This document shows, one piece after another, positions 21,201 to 31,370 of a stretch of DNA of 64,000 nt. The position numbers and the translations under genes were made by a program. The notes beneath the pieces are model-generated. The model worked only from the letters and a program-made list of their open reading frames with translations, searched no databases and was not told the origin of the DNA. Every line of letters starts with the position of its first letter. Position 1 is the first letter of the stretch. The stretch lies in the NCBI GenBank assembly GCA_020248265.1, contig JADCHX010000011.1:262670-326669 (forward strand). The letters run 5' to 3'. The stretch is from Rhodocyclaceae bacterium (lineage in GTDB: Bacteria; Pseudomonadota; Gammaproteobacteria; Burkholderiales; CAIKXV01).

Positions 21201-21339
21201 CACCAAGTGCGACCTCGCGAAGGCGTACGAGGAGATGGGCGACAAGGACGGTGCGCGAGAGATCCTGCGCGAAGTGATTGCCGAGGGCGACGCGCAGCAG
21301 AAGGCAGACGCCGAAGCGATGCTCGCCCGTCTGGGCTGA
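18256..21339 (+). CDS. fimV: FimV/HubP-family protein (LysM peptidoglycan-binding domain, long Ala/Pro/Lys/Glu low-complexity region, TM segment, C-terminal FimV TPR-like motif)
   Basis: 1027 aa, GTG start. LysM-like 'YGPVRRGETLAKIAESV ... LRTGAVLRVP'. C-terminal signature 'DVNTKCDLAKAYEEMGDKDGAREILREVIAEGDAQQKADAEAMLARL'. Located between asd and truA. Confidence 0.9.
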   Translation: MRNSVSNGIRAWLAACALTIMVFLPAAADAAGLGRMNVLSALGQPLNAEIELNATKDELSTMQVRIASADAYRRANLEFSAFVTSVRLAIEQRRDGSMIVRATTVRPVNEPFIELLVELVWSSGRLMREYTSLIDPPGFTAADVVAPPTAPPVAAARPAVADPRPVVAAPIAPETPAASVAPATPAAAVKPAPVARAAAEKGAAATATPGASEYGPVRRGETLAKIAESVRPAGVSLDQMLVSLYRENKAAFDGGNMNRLRTGAVLRVPDASALGATPAAEASREVRAQAADFNGYRQRLAGAVQDAPPAAAEGGQVASGRVTPRVEEKAPAPSGGSDVLRVSKGDPSKGSGRDPKAAQAAREEDATAREKALREANDRVASLEKMLKDAQRLLDIQSKQLADLQKPAKAEPAKAAEPAKKAEPAKAVEAPKPEPVKAEPKPVPAVPEPKPEPAKAEAKAESVAPIAPAAPPTAEPAKAEPPAAPVAPTPPVEAAKPKPVPPPPPPPPAPSLVDQAMEFVTTYLTELGLGLAALLGLGALVARRRKGSAPKTPVTKAAAAPPIVPASAPAAVATRADSFLEPTQASQIDLQEVDPLAEVEVYLDHGRESQAEEFLHEMIAKAPTRYELHLKLLEIYQKRGDAAAFEPVARKLYTGTRGEGAVWQTASRMGASIDPANPLYSSGQPVVAPVAPRATSVPVAAAAVAAVAATVAKAASPAPKAASPAPRAASPAPRAPSPAPRAPSPAPRAPSPAPLALDMEKTQILQVDDTALSEAPPTIDFDFEPAGALAPPAAVAGVGGLMDVEGAAAVPSGAAATDMDFTLDFGSPQTASAPPLPDLPLEAPSVGTQTAEADLTFEPIFPSSTGEEGLPTPLFQSEATNVLLDSGPPTGSILDFKREAALAQSELSAADTESGEPTQASLGQDTMIMANPGELVTFDMTHPAGLPQNWQEATLPRVDLDLGETQVDGSNPDRDEHWNDVNTKCDLAKAYEEMGDKDGAREILREVIAEGDAQQKADAEAMLARLG
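20398..20520 (+). repeat. about six tandem 21-bp units inside fimV, encoding (A/P)SPAP(K/R)A heptads
   Basis: gccagccccgcgcccaaggcg reiterated with small variants. The protein reads 'ASPAPKAASPAPRAASPAPRAPSPAPRAPSPAPRAPSPAP'. Confidence 0.85.
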
Positions 21340-21449
21340 TCTGCCGGACGATCGGCTGCGGCCGCGAGGCTGCGGCCCTTTCGTACAGCGTACTCCGCCA
21401 TCGGAGTCCATGGCGCGCCCTGAGTCGCCTTTGGCGCTATCCTTGCACG

Positions 21450-22295
21450 ATGCGCATCGCCCTCCAGATCGAGTACCACGGTGGCCTGTTCTGCGGCTGG
21501 CAAAGCCAGCCTTCCGGATGCTCGGTACAGGATGCCCTTGAACGAGCGCTTGCAGGGATCGCGGCTGCACCGGTATCCACCCTCTGCGCCGGCCGTACCG
21601 ACACCGGAGTGCACGCGCTGATGCAGGTCGTGCATTTCGATGCACCGACGGTGCGGCCGACGCAGGCGTGGGTCCGCGGCGTCAATGCGCTGCTGCCCGA
21701 TTCGATTGCGGTGGTCGGCGCAGCAACGGTGCCGGACGACTTCCATGCACGTTTCGATGCCGTGTCCCGCACCTATCGCTACGTCCTCGTCAGCGATCCC
21801 GTGCGGCCAGCGATGCTCGGGGGTACCGCTGGATGGCACCATGAACGCCTTTCGCTGGAGCCGATGCGCGAAGCGCTCCTTGCGCTCGAGGGCGAGCATG
21901 ATTTCAGCGCGTTCCGTGCCGCCGAATGCCAGGCGCGCTCGCCCATCCGCCGGATGTACTGCGCGGCGGTGGCGCAGCAGGGCTCGTTGTTCACCTTCGA
22001 GTTCAGGGCCGATGGGTTCCTGCACCACATGATCCGGAACATCGTCGGCAGCGTCGTGCGCATCGGCCGGGGACGCGCAGCACCGCAGTGGCTCGGCCAA
22101 CTACTGGAAGGGCGCGACCGCACCCGCGCGGCGCCTACCTTCTCGCCGGCCGGCCTCTACCTGACGGAGGTGGCCTACGCGCCGGGCCGTGCGCCAGCGC
22201 TTCCGGGGCCGCGTCCTTCGATTGCCGGGCATTTGCCGGCCTTCGTCGGGTCGGCGGCGCCGTTGCCAGCTGCGATGGAAGGGGCGACGGCGTGA
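21450..22295 (+). CDS. truA: tRNA pseudouridine(38-40) synthase
   Basis: Internal ATG ('MRIALQIEYHGGLFCGWQSQ'). Catalytic region 'GRTDTGVHA'. Confidence 0.92.
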   Translation: MRIALQIEYHGGLFCGWQSQPSGCSVQDALERALAGIAAAPVSTLCAGRTDTGVHALMQVVHFDAPTVRPTQAWVRGVNALLPDSIAVVGAATVPDDFHARFDAVSRTYRYVLVSDPVRPAMLGGTAGWHHERLSLEPMREALLALEGEHDFSAFRAAECQARSPIRRMYCAAVAQQGSLFTFEFRADGFLHHMIRNIVGSVVRIGRGRAAPQWLGQLLEGRDRTRAAPTFSPAGLYLTEVAYAPGRAPALPGPRPSIAGHLPAFVGSAAPLPAAMEGATA

Positions 22296-22945
22296 CCCGC
22301 CATCGCACCCGCGTCAAGATCTGTGGTATCCGCACTGTCGACGACGCACAGGCTGCGGCGCGGGCTGGTACCGATGCCATCGGGTTGGTGTTCTACGGGC
22401 CGAGCCCGCGCCACGTCACGGTGCAGCAGGCCGTGCGGGTCGTCGGCAGCCTGCCACCCTATGTGATGTCCGTCGGGCTGTTCGTGGATGCTCCCGCAGC
22501 AGAGGTGCGCGAGGTGCTGTCGGCAGTTCCGCTCGACCTGCTGCAGTTCCACGGCTCCGAGGCGCCGGCTTTCTGCGCGCAGTTCGACAAACCGTTCGTA
22601 CAGGCAGTGCGGGTGAGGCCGGGAGTCGATTTGCTACAATCCGCTGCTGCGTCGGTGCCGTTCCGGCCTTTGTCGCGGGGACTGCTGGTCGATGCGTTCG
22701 TCCCCGGTCTGCACGGGGGTACCGGCCAGTCGTTCGACTGGTCGCTGATCCCCGGGTCGATGCGCGGCGAGGTGATCCTTTCCGGAGGTCTGACGCCTGC
22801 GAATGTGCGAGACGCGGTGCGGCAGGTGCGTCCGTGGGCTGTCGACATATCGAGCGGCGTCGAGCGCAGCAGTGGCCCCAAGGGGGTCAAGGATCACGGC
22901 CTGATCGAGCGGTTCATTGAGGAGGTTCACCTTGCAGATGTATGA
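22292..22945 (+). CDS. trpF: N-(5'-phosphoribosyl)anthranilate isomerase
   Basis: The GTG overlaps the truA stop (GTGA). '[27 protein letters not shown]', 'LQFHGSE', '[11 protein letters not shown]'. Confidence 0.9.
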   Translation: MTRHRTRVKICGIRTVDDAQAAARAGTDAIGLVFYGPSPRHVTVQQAVRVVGSLPPYVMSVGLFVDAPAAEVREVLSAVPLDLLQFHGSEAPAFCAQFDKPFVQAVRVRPGVDLLQSAAASVPFRPLSRGLLVDAFVPGLHGGTGQSFDWSLIPGSMRGEVILSGGLTPANVRDAVRQVRPWAVDISSGVERSSGPKGVKDHGLIERFIEEVHLADV

Positions 22946-24131
22946 CCTGCCCGACGAGCGTGGCCACTTCGGCCCGTATGGTGGCGTGTTCGTTGCCGAG
23001 ACGCTGATGCATGCGCTCGACGAACTGAACGAGTGCTACCTGAAGTACCGGAACGACCCCGAGTTCATGGCAGAACTGGCGCGCGAACTCAAGCACTACG
23101 TTGGCCGCCCGAGCCCGATCTACCACGCCAGGCGCTGGTCCGAACACTTCGGCGGTGCGCAGGTCTACCTGAAGCGTGAAGACCTGAACCATACCGGCGC
23201 GCACAAGATCAACAACACCATGGGCCAGGCACTGCTTGCACGCAAGATCGGCAAGCCGCGCGTGATCGCGGAGACGGGAGCAGGGCAGCATGGCGTGGCG
23301 ACCGCGACGGTCGCTGCCCGCTTCGGGATGAAATGCACCGTGTACATGGGTTCGGAGGACGTCAAGCGGCAGTCGCCCAACGTGTTCCGCATGAAGCTGC
23401 TGGGTGCCGAGGTGGTGCCGGTCGAGAGCGGCTCGAAGACCCTGAAGGATGCGTTGAACGAAGCCATGCGCGACTGGGTGACCAACGTCGCCGACACCTT
23501 CTACATCATTGGCAGCGTCGCCGGCCCGCACCCCTATCCGATGATGGTGCGCGACTTCAACGCGGTGGTCGGCCACGAGTGCCTCTGGCAGATGCCGGAA
23601 CTCGTCGGGCGCCAGCCGGACGCCTGTATCGCCTGTGTCGGCGGCGGCTCGAACGCGATGGGTATCTTCCATCCATACATCGACGTCGAAGGCGTGCGCC
23701 TGATCGGCGTGGAGGCCGGCGGCTCCGGTGTCGCGACCGGCAAGCATGCGGCACCGCTGTCCGCCGGTCGCCCGGGCGTGTTGCACGGCACGCGCACCTA
23801 CCTCATGCAAAACGAGGATGGGCAGATCATGGACACCCACTCGGTGTCGGCAGGCCTCGACTATCCTGGCGTCGGGCCCGAGCATTCGTGGCTCAAGGAC
23901 CTCGGCCGTGCCGAGTATGTCGCGATCAACGACGACGAGGCACTCGAGGCGTTCCACCTGTTGTGCCGGCTCGAGGGCATCATCCCGGCGCTCGAGTCCG
24001 CCCACGCGCTGGCGCAGGCGGCGAAGATGGCGCCCTCGATGCGCAAGGACCAGGTCCTGCTCGTCAACCTTTCCGGCCGTGGCGACAAGGACATCAACAC
24101 CGTCGCCGGCATTGCGGGGATCACCCTCTGA
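22938..24131 (+). CDS. trpB: tryptophan synthase beta chain
   Basis: ATG 12 nt after GGAGG. '[16 protein letters not shown]', '[16 protein letters not shown]', 'GGGSNAMG'. Confidence 0.95.
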   Translation: MYDLPDERGHFGPYGGVFVAETLMHALDELNECYLKYRNDPEFMAELARELKHYVGRPSPIYHARRWSEHFGGAQVYLKREDLNHTGAHKINNTMGQALLARKIGKPRVIAETGAGQHGVATATVAARFGMKCTVYMGSEDVKRQSPNVFRMKLLGAEVVPVESGSKTLKDALNEAMRDWVTNVADTFYIIGSVAGPHPYPMMVRDFNAVVGHECLWQMPELVGRQPDACIACVGGGSNAMGIFHPYIDVEGVRLIGVEAGGSGVATGKHAAPLSAGRPGVLHGTRTYLMQNEDGQIMDTHSVSAGLDYPGVGPEHSWLKDLGRAEYVAINDDEALEAFHLLCRLEGIIPALESAHALAQAAKMAPSMRKDQVLLVNLSGRGDKDINTVAGIAGITL

Positions 24132-24943
24132 TGTCGCGCATCCGTGGACGTTTCGAGAAGCTGAAGGGCGAAGGCCGCGCGGCGCTCATCCCGTACATCA
24201 CCGCGGGTGATCCCTCGCTCGAGGTGACGCTTGCGCTGATGCACGAACTGGCTGCTGCCGGTGCGGACGTGATCGAGCTGGGCGTGCCGTTCTCCGATCC
24301 GCAGGCCGACGGCCCGACGATCCAGCGCGCGAGCGAAAGGGCACTGGCGCGCGGCACGACGTTGCGGCGCATCCTCGACGTGGTGGCGCGGTTCCGCAGC
24401 CTCGACGCGGATACGCCCGTCGTGCTGATGGGCTATGCGAACCCGGTCGAGGCGATGGGCTACGACGCTTTCGCCAGCCGTGCGGCCGAGGTCGGCGTCG
24501 ACGGCGTGCTACTGGTCGACCTGCCGCCTGAAGAGTCCCGCGGCTTCGTCGATCGGCTGGTCAGTGCCGGCCTGGATCCGATCTACCTGCTGTCTCCGAC
24601 CACGACCGATACCCGCATCGGCGAGATCGCCCGGCTCGCGCGTGGCTACGTCTACTACGTGTCGCTGACCGGCGTGACCGGCGCGAAACACCTGCAGGTG
24701 GGCGACGTGTCCGCGCGGATGGAAGTGCTGCGCCGGCACCTCAGCGTGCCGATCGGGGTCGGCTTCGGCATCCGCGATGCACAGAGCGCTGCGGGTATTG
24801 CGAAGGTCGCCGACGCGGTCGTGATCGGCAGCCGCATCGTCGAAGAGATCGAGAGCTCCGCACCCGGCAGCGAGGCTGCCAACGTCGGGGCGTTCTTGCG
24901 CGGCATCCGGCAGGCGATCGATGCCGTCGCGCGGAAGGGCTGA
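24131..24943 (+). CDS. trpA: tryptophan synthase alpha chain
   Basis: The ATG overlaps the trpB stop by 1 nt (TGATG). 'ALIPYITAGDP', 'ELGVPFSDPQADGPTIQ', 'GFGI'. Confidence 0.95.
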   Translation: MSRIRGRFEKLKGEGRAALIPYITAGDPSLEVTLALMHELAAAGADVIELGVPFSDPQADGPTIQRASERALARGTTLRRILDVVARFRSLDADTPVVLMGYANPVEAMGYDAFASRAAEVGVDGVLLVDLPPEESRGFVDRLVSAGLDPIYLLSPTTTDTRIGEIARLARGYVYYVSLTGVTGAKHLQVGDVSARMEVLRRHLSVPIGVGFGIRDAQSAAGIAKVADAVVIGSRIVEEIESSAPGSEAANVGAFLRGIRQAIDAVARKG

Positions 24944-25000
24944 CACGGTGCCAGCCAGCGGGGCGGGGCGGGCAATGCAGACCAGGCAGGCGCGCGTCCG

Positions 25001-25888
25001 ATGAGCTGGCTGCACAAGCACCTGCCGCCGAAGATCAAGCGCGACGACAGCGCTGCACGCAAGTCGGTGCCCGAAGGCCTGTGGATCAAGTGCGATGGCT
25101 GCGAGACGGTGCTCTACCGTACCGACCTCGATAACAACCTGCAGGTGTGCCCGGGTTGCGGCTTCCACAACCGGATCGGCGCGCGCGAGCGGCTCGACAT
25201 GTTGCTCGACGGCGAGGGGCGCTACGAAATCGGTGCCGAAGTGCTTCCGGTGGACAGTCTGAAGTTCAAGGATACGAAGAAGTACACCGACCGCCTGGCT
25301 GCCGCGACCCGCGACACCGGCGAGGACGATGCCCTGGTGGTGATGCAGGGAAGCATCCATGCGACACCCGTCGTGGTCGCTGCATTCGAGTTCCGCTTCC
25401 TTGGCGGCTCCATGGGGTCGGTGGTCGGCGAACGTTTCGCGCGCGGCGTACGCGCCGCGATCGAACAGCGCATGCCGTTCGTGTGCATCGCTGCCTCGGG
25501 CGGCGCGCGGATGCAGGAAGGCGTGCTGTCGCTGGCGCAGATGTCGAAGTGCTGCGCGGTACTGACCCTGCTCGCGAGCGAGCGCCTGCCCTTCGTGTCG
25601 GTACTGACCGACCCGACCATGGGCGGTGTATCGGCCAGCTTTGCGATGATCGGCGATGTAGTGATCGCCGAGCCGGGGGCGCTGGTCGGTTTCGCTGGTC
25701 CTCGAGTGATCCAGCAGACGGTGCGCGAGACGCTGCCGGAAGGTTTTCAGCGCGCGGAGTTCCTGCTCGAGCACGGTGCGATCGACATGATCGTCGACCG
25801 GCGCGAGATGCGCGACCGGCTCGCGTCGCTGCTGGCGCTGCTGTCGCGGCAGCCGCAACCGCGCATGCAGGCACAGCCCGCCAGGTGA
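25001..25888 (+). CDS. accD: acetyl-CoA carboxylase carboxyltransferase beta subunit
   Basis: 295 aa. Zinc ribbon 'CDGCETVLY ... CPGCGFH', then '[16 protein letters not shown]'. Confidence 0.95.
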   Translation: MSWLHKHLPPKIKRDDSAARKSVPEGLWIKCDGCETVLYRTDLDNNLQVCPGCGFHNRIGARERLDMLLDGEGRYEIGAEVLPVDSLKFKDTKKYTDRLAAATRDTGEDDALVVMQGSIHATPVVVAAFEFRFLGGSMGSVVGERFARGVRAAIEQRMPFVCIAASGGARMQEGVLSLAQMSKCCAVLTLLASERLPFVSVLTDPTMGGVSASFAMIGDVVIAEPGALVGFAGPRVIQQTVRETLPEGFQRAEFLLEHGAIDMIVDRREMRDRLASLLALLSRQPQPRMQAQPAR

Positions 25889-27216
25889 GCGGGGCACGCA
25901 CGCTCGAGGGCTGGCTCGAATACATCTCGACCCGGCATCCGGTGACGATCGAGCTGACGCTCGACCGGGTTGCCGAAGTGTGGCGCCGGCTTCGCCCCGG
26001 CGCCCATCCCCGGTCGACCGGCTTTCCGGTGATCACCGTCGGCGGCACCAACGGCAAGGGTTCGACCTGCGCGATGCTGGAGGCGATCCTCGATCGCGCA
26101 GGCTACCGTGTGGGGTGCTACACGTCGCCGCATCTGCTGCGCTACAACGAGCGCGTGCGTCTCGCGCGGCACGATGCGAGCGACGCGGATCTTTGCCGCG
26201 CCTTCGAGGCGGTCGAGGCGGCGCGCGGCGACATCGGGCTCACCTACTTCGAGTTCGGCACGCTGGCCGCGTTGTGGCTGATGATCGACGGCCGTGTCGA
26301 CGTGGCCGTGCTCGAGGTCGGCCTTGGCGGGCGGCTCGATGCGGTGAACATCATCGATGCCGACGTGTCGGTCGTCACCAGCGTGGGCCTCGACCACATG
26401 GAATACCTGGGAGACACCCGCGAGCAGATCGGCTTCGAGAAAGCCGGCATCTACCGTCCCGGCCGCGCAGCCATCTGTGCGGATATCGATGCGCCCGCAT
26501 CGCTGGTCGACCATGCACTGGCGATCGGCGCGCGGCTGCTGCGTGCCGGCATCGACTACGACTTCACCGATCAGGATGGCAGTCAGTGGCGCTACCGGCG
26601 CTTCGTCTCGCCGGGCGGTGCCGTACCTGCCGCCACCGTGGTGTCCAAGGCCCGCTACGCCCTGCCGTTTCCCGCGCTGCGCGGGGCATACCAGTTGTCC
26701 AACGCGTCGGCTGCGCTCACTGCGCTCGACGAGGTGGCCGACCGGTTGCCGGTCAGTGCCGAGGCGATCCGCACCGGGCTGCTCACGGCCGAGATCGCCG
26801 GGCGATTCCAGGTGCTTCCTGGACGGCCGACGGTGGTGCTCGACGTTGCCCATAATCCGCATGCAGCTGCAGTGCTCGACGCCAGCCTGGCACGCCTCGA
26901 GGGGACGGGCCGCACGCTGGCGGTGTTCTCGATGCTGGCCGACAAGGACATCGAGGGCGTGGTGCGTGCGGTCAAGGCACGTATCGACGAGTGGTTCATC
27001 GCGCCGGTGGACGCGGCGCGTGCGGCCGACCTGCCTGCGCTGCGCGGCGCCCTGACCCGGGCCGCTGCGCTCGACCCGACGACCGAATGCAGCGGGGTCG
27101 CCCAGGCCTGGCTGAAGGCTCGGGAACGTGCAGGCGAAAGTGATAGGATCGTGGTGTTCGGGTCGTTCTATACGGTAGCCGAGGTACTGGCGTCGATCGG
27201 CGCGTCTCGCGATTGA
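25885..27216 (+). CDS. folC: bifunctional folylpolyglutamate synthase / dihydrofolate synthase
   Basis: The GTG overlaps the accD stop (GTGA). '[12 protein letters not shown]' P-loop, '[12 protein letters not shown]'. Confidence 0.9.
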   Translation: MSGARTLEGWLEYISTRHPVTIELTLDRVAEVWRRLRPGAHPRSTGFPVITVGGTNGKGSTCAMLEAILDRAGYRVGCYTSPHLLRYNERVRLARHDASDADLCRAFEAVEAARGDIGLTYFEFGTLAALWLMIDGRVDVAVLEVGLGGRLDAVNIIDADVSVVTSVGLDHMEYLGDTREQIGFEKAGIYRPGRAAICADIDAPASLVDHALAIGARLLRAGIDYDFTDQDGSQWRYRRFVSPGGAVPAATVVSKARYALPFPALRGAYQLSNASAALTALDEVADRLPVSAEAIRTGLLTAEIAGRFQVLPGRPTVVLDVAHNPHAAAVLDASLARLEGTGRTLAVFSMLADKDIEGVVRAVKARIDEWFIAPVDAARAADLPALRGALTRAAALDPTTECSGVAQAWLKARERAGESDRIVVFGSFYTVAEVLASIGASRD

Positions 27217-27269
27217 ATGACGAGCAGCACCGGCCCGTTGCGTCCAACCCTCGGCCAGGACAGACAGGC

Positions 27270-28103
27270 ATGGCACGCAGCATTTCAGAAGAAGAAATCA
27301 GGCTCCGCAAACGCGCCCGGCGCCGGCTGATCGGCGCAATCGCCCTGACCACGCTGGTGGTTGTCACGTTGCCGATGGTACTCGACAGCGAACCTCGGCC
27401 GATCGGCCATGACATCGCCGTGCAGATACCCTCACCGAACAGCGGCCCTTATGCGCCGAAGGGCCAGGCCGAGGCTGCGCGTACCAGCGCTGCGCCGGGG
27501 AACACGAACGGCACGGTGAATGCACCGCCCCTGGCGCCGGCAGACGATCCGCGTGCGGCTCCGGCGTCCTCTGCGACTCCGTCCAGTGCGGCGGGCACGG
27601 CTGCGCCGGCACGCGGGCCGTCCTCGGCGACGCCCGCGGACCAGAAGATCGAAGTGACCGGCGCGCTGCGGCCACCGTCCGACGGGGCCGGTGGCGTTGT
27701 CGGCACCGCAGCCGGCACCGCAGCCGATACGAGGAACGCTGCCGAGACGGCAGCCGCAGTTCGCGCGGCTGAGGCGAAGGCTGCAACCGAGGCCCGGAGC
27801 GCGCCGACCAAAGGCGCCGATGCGAAGGGCAGCGAATCGAAGGTGATCCCCGGCGATGCCGAGGCGAAGAATTTCGTGATCCAGCTGGGAGCATTCGCCG
27901 AGGTGAGCCGCGCGAAGGATCGCCATGCACAGCTGGTGAAGGCCGGCGTGAAGTCCTATACCGAGGTGGTCAAGACGCCCACCGGCGACAAGACGCGCGT
28001 GCGGGCCGGACCATTCCCGACGCGCGAAGCCGCCGAGCAGGTCAACGAGCGGCTGAAGGGGCTGGGCATGACCGACGGGATCGTGGTCCCCCGGCGCTAC
28101 TGA
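27270..28103 (+). CDS. SPOR-domain protein (DedD-like cell-division/peptidoglycan-binding protein)
   Basis: 'MARSISEEEIRLRKRARRRLIGAIALTTLVVV' (TM), an Ala/Pro-rich linker, and a C-terminal SPOR 'FVIQLGAFAEVSRAKDRHAQLVKAGV ... RVRAGPFPTREAAEQ'. A TTG at 27213 is an alternative start. Confidence 0.8.
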   Translation: MARSISEEEIRLRKRARRRLIGAIALTTLVVVTLPMVLDSEPRPIGHDIAVQIPSPNSGPYAPKGQAEAARTSAAPGNTNGTVNAPPLAPADDPRAAPASSATPSSAAGTAAPARGPSSATPADQKIEVTGALRPPSDGAGGVVGTAAGTAADTRNAAETAAAVRAAEAKAATEARSAPTKGADAKGSESKVIPGDAEAKNFVIQLGAFAEVSRAKDRHAQLVKAGVKSYTEVVKTPTGDKTRVRAGPFPTREAAEQVNERLKGLGMTDGIVVPRRY

Positions 28104-28164
28104 GCGTGCGGGGCAAGGCCGGCGGTCTCCAGGCCCGGGCACTGGCTTCGAGGAGCGATCGCCG

Positions 28165-28689
28165 ATGACGTGGTTCGACTACGGCGTGCTGCTGGTCATG
28201 GGCGTCTCGGCGCTGGTGGCGGTGATCCGGGGCTTCGTGCGCGAAGTGCTGTCGCTGGTCGCATGGGTGGCGGCGTTCGTGGCTGCCAGCACGTTCGCGG
28301 GCAGGATCGCGCCGATGCTGCCGGCGGCAATCCCGAACGATTCGTTGCGCATGCTTGCCGGGTTCCTGCTGGTGTTCGGCGCAACCCTGCTCGTGATGGT
28401 CGTGATCACACTCGCGATCGTCGAACTGGTGCGCGTGGTCGGGCTCGGGTTCGTCGACAGGGTGCTCGGCCTTGCATTCGGGCTCGTACGCGGCCTGCTG
28501 ATCGTGCTGATCGTGGTGCTGCTCGCCGGCCTCACCCGCGTGCCGCAGGATGCAGGCTGGCGCGACGCGATGCTGTCGCAGCCGCTCGAGGTGCTCGCAC
28601 TGGCCGTGCTTCCCTATCTCCCCGCGGACCTCGCGCGCAAGATCAGGTACGACGCAGGTCAGCAGGTGGTCTATACTCCGCCTCGCTAG
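28165..28689 (+). CDS. cvpA: CvpA-family membrane protein (colicin V production protein)
   Basis: 174 aa. '[38 protein letters not shown]'. Located between the SPOR gene and purF. Confidence 0.88.
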   Translation: MTWFDYGVLLVMGVSALVAVIRGFVREVLSLVAWVAAFVAASTFAGRIAPMLPAAIPNDSLRMLAGFLLVFGATLLVMVVITLAIVELVRVVGLGFVDRVLGLAFGLVRGLLIVLIVVLLAGLTRVPQDAGWRDAMLSQPLEVLALAVLPYLPADLARKIRYDAGQQVVYTPPR

Positions 28690-28778
28690 AGCCAAGGCGA
28701 ACCGGCCGGGGCCGCAGGGACTCGATTCTCCCGCGAATGCTCCGTCGTAACGGTATCGGGCCGAAGGGAGAAATCTTC

Positions 28779-30299
28779 GTGTGTGGCATCGTCGGAATGG
28801 TTGCGAAGTCTCCTGTCAACCAGGAGTTGTACGACGGGATGCTCTTGCTCCAGCATCGCGGCCAGGATGCGGCGGGCCTTGTGACGAGCGAAGGCAATAC
28901 CTTCCACATGCACAAGGGTCCCGGGCTGGTGCGTGACGTCTTTCGCACGCGCAACATGCGGACTCTCGCGGGTAATGTCGGGATCGCCCACGTGCGCTAC
29001 CCGACTGCCGGTTCTGCGTGGTCGTCGGCCGAGGCACAGCCCTTCTACGTGAACTCTCCGTTCGGCATCGTGCTCGGCCACAATGGCAACCTCACCAATT
29101 CCGAGGCACTGCGCCGCGAGCTGTTCCGTGACGATCTGCGCCACGTGAATACCGACTCGGATTCCGAGGTGCTCCTGAACGTGCTTGCGCACGAACTCTC
29201 GCGCAATGCCGCAGGCTTCCACCTCGACGCGAACACGATCTTCAAGGCAGTGGCCGGCGTCCACAAGCGGGTGCGCGGTGCCTATGCGGTGGTCGCGATG
29301 ATCGCCGGCTACGGCCTGCTGGCGTTCCGCGATCCGTTCGGCATCAGGCCGCTCGGCATCGGCAGCCGCGAGACCGAGGCCGGCACGGAGTTCATGGTGG
29401 CCTCCGAGACGGTGGCGCTCGATGCGCTCGGCTTCGCGCCGCTGCGCGACGTCGCGCCCGGCGAGGCTGTGTTCATCGACGAGCAGGGCGTGTTCCAGAG
29501 TCGCCAGTGCGCCGAGCGCACGGAACTCGCGCCGTGCATCTTCGAGTTCGTCTACCTCGCGCGCCCTGACTCGGTGATCGACGGCATCTCCGTGTACGAC
29601 ACCCGCCTGCGCATGGGCGAGAGCCTCGCGCGCAAGATCGAACGCGAGTTCCCCGGCCTCGACGTCGACGTGGTGATGCCGATCCCCGATTCCTCGCGTC
29701 CGGCGGCGATGCAGCTCGCCAAGCACCTGAACCTGTCCTATCGCGAAGGCTTCATCAAGAACCGCTACATCGGGCGCACCTTCATCATGCCGGGGCAGGC
29801 CGTGCGCCGGAAGTCGGTGCGCCAGAAACTCAACGCGCTGGGGACCGAGTTCAAGGGCAAGAACGTGCTGATCGTCGATGACTCGATCGTGCGCGGCACC
29901 ACCAGCCAGGAGATCGTGCAGATGGCGCGCGACGCCGGTGCACGCAAGGTGCATTTCGCCTCCGCAGCCCCGCCGGTGCGCTTCCCCAACGTGTACGGCA
30001 TCGACATGCCCACGCGCAGCGAACTGATCGCCTCCGAGCGCTCGGTCGAGGAGATCGCCCGCGAGATCGGCTGCGACCGCCTCATCTACCAGGACCTCGA
30101 CGACCTGATCGATGACGTACGTGCGACCAACCCGGCGATCGCCCGATTCGAGACGTCCTGCTTCGACGGCAAGTACATCACCGGCGACGTCACTGCCGAA
30201 TACCTGAACTGCCTCGAAGCCAACCGCGAGGATGGCGATCGCCAGCGGTCGCGCGAGTCGACCACGCAGCTCGACCTGAACCTCGAATCGGCCGAGTAG
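28779..30299 (+). CDS. purF: amidophosphoribosyltransferase
   Basis: GTG directly before 'CGIVGMV' (N-terminal nucleophile Cys), 8 nt after GGGAG. '[10 protein letters not shown]', '[10 protein letters not shown]'. Confidence 0.95.
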   Translation: MCGIVGMVAKSPVNQELYDGMLLLQHRGQDAAGLVTSEGNTFHMHKGPGLVRDVFRTRNMRTLAGNVGIAHVRYPTAGSAWSSAEAQPFYVNSPFGIVLGHNGNLTNSEALRRELFRDDLRHVNTDSDSEVLLNVLAHELSRNAAGFHLDANTIFKAVAGVHKRVRGAYAVVAMIAGYGLLAFRDPFGIRPLGIGSRETEAGTEFMVASETVALDALGFAPLRDVAPGEAVFIDEQGVFQSRQCAERTELAPCIFEFVYLARPDSVIDGISVYDTRLRMGESLARKIEREFPGLDVDVVMPIPDSSRPAAMQLAKHLNLSYREGFIKNRYIGRTFIMPGQAVRRKSVRQKLNALGTEFKGKNVLIVDDSIVRGTTSQEIVQMARDAGARKVHFASAAPPVRFPNVYGIDMPTRSELIASERSVEEIAREIGCDRLIYQDLDDLIDDVRATNPAIARFETSCFDGKYITGDVTAEYLNCLEANREDGDRQRSRESTTQLDLNLESAE

Positions 30300-30317
30300 C
30301 CGCGCAGGGGGCAAGGC

Positions 30318-31358
30318 ATGACCGAAACCGAAGCTTCGGCGATCCTGCAGCGGCACCTGGTGATCGAGGGCCACCGCGACGTCTACGAGCAGGTGCACCG
30401 GACGCTGATGGGCGAAGCCAGCCCGCTTGCCGACGCGATCGTGCCGCGGCTGATCCGCGACCGGATCGACCTGTCGGTCTATGCGGTCGGCGGCGACTCA
30501 TGGGCACACTCGCAGAACACGGGGCGTTTCCTCGAGGCTACGCTCGACAACCTCGACCAGTTCCTGCAGGAGATGTCCGCGCCCGGCAGCCGCTTCTCGC
30601 TCGTGAAGACGCGCGGCGACCTGCCGGCCTCGCGCCTGCACGACCACGTGAAGTTCATCCTGCACCTCGAGGGCGGCAAACCCCTGCAGGGCGGCCTCGC
30701 GCAGCTGCGTAACTTCTACCGGCTGGGCGTGCGCTCGATGCAGCCCACCTGGAACCTGCGCAACGAACTCGGCGACGGGGTCTGGGAGAGCCGTACCGGC
30801 GGCGGGCTGACCCGCTTTGGCGTCGACGTGATCCGCGAGATGAACCGGCTGGGCATGGTCGTCGACCTGTCGCACATGGCGAAGGCCGGCTTCTACCAGT
30901 CGCTGGAGGTGGCTTCAGCGCCGCTGATCGTCAGCCACGCCAATGCCTGCGGCGTGTACGACCACATGCGCAACCTCGACGACGATCAGATCCGCGCGAT
31001 CGCCGCTCAGGGCGGCGTCATCGGCATCCTCGCGCTGCCGTTCACGGTCGCCGGCAAGGAGTCGTCGATCGAGCAGATGCTTCGGCATATCGACTACATC
31101 GTCGACCTGGTCGGCGTGAAGCACATGGCACTGGGCATGGACTTCGTGAAGTACGACGGTCCGCGCAGCATCCGGGACGGACACACGCCGGGCGCCGAAC
31201 CGCCGGTCGTGCGCGGCTTCGAGGAGATCGAGGACCTGCCGAACCTGGTCGACGGGCTGCAGCGCCACGGCTACGCCGAGGACGACATCGCAGCCATCCT
31301 CGGTGGCAACTACCTGCGCGTACTCGCTACCATCCTGCCGGACGAGACGGTCATCTGA
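30318..31358 (+). CDS. M19-family (renal-type) dipeptidase
   Basis: 346 aa. 'VIEGHRDV', 'DLSH', 'IVSHANA', 'GMDF'. Family call from memory. Confidence 0.7.
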   Translation: MTETEASAILQRHLVIEGHRDVYEQVHRTLMGEASPLADAIVPRLIRDRIDLSVYAVGGDSWAHSQNTGRFLEATLDNLDQFLQEMSAPGSRFSLVKTRGDLPASRLHDHVKFILHLEGGKPLQGGLAQLRNFYRLGVRSMQPTWNLRNELGDGVWESRTGGGLTRFGVDVIREMNRLGMVVDLSHMAKAGFYQSLEVASAPLIVSHANACGVYDHMRNLDDDQIRAIAAQGGVIGILALPFTVAGKESSIEQMLRHIDYIVDLVGVKHMALGMDFVKYDGPRSIRDGHTPGAEPPVVRGFEEIEDLPNLVDGLQRHGYAEDDIAAILGGNYLRVLATILPDETVI

Positions 31359-31370
31359 GCGCCCGGTCGG

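Noticed and set aside
18271-21645. Very long antisense ORFs: 1124 aa opposite fimV, and also 38472..41369 (-), 15796..18228 (-), 13944..16061 (-), 60171..62060 (-), 7199..8755 (+) and 48285..50597 (-).
   Set aside because: Each lies opposite or out of frame to a gene with unmistakable homology (fimV, cysS/xdhC, leuB/asd, leuC/leuD, aspS, thyA, acyl-CoA synthetase). Their translations are Arg/Gly/Pro/Ala-rich low-complexity strings, typical of stop-poor frames in GC-rich DNA.
25147-27216. Long N-terminal extensions in the ORF track (e.g. 689-aa folC ORF, 536-aa trpA ORF, 709-aa purF ORF, 636-aa enoyl-CoA hydratase ORF) as fusion proteins.
   Set aside because: The extensions overlap the preceding, well-supported genes in another frame and are Arg/Pro-rich nonsense. 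Conserved N-termini and start codons (often overlapping the upstream stop) sit internally.
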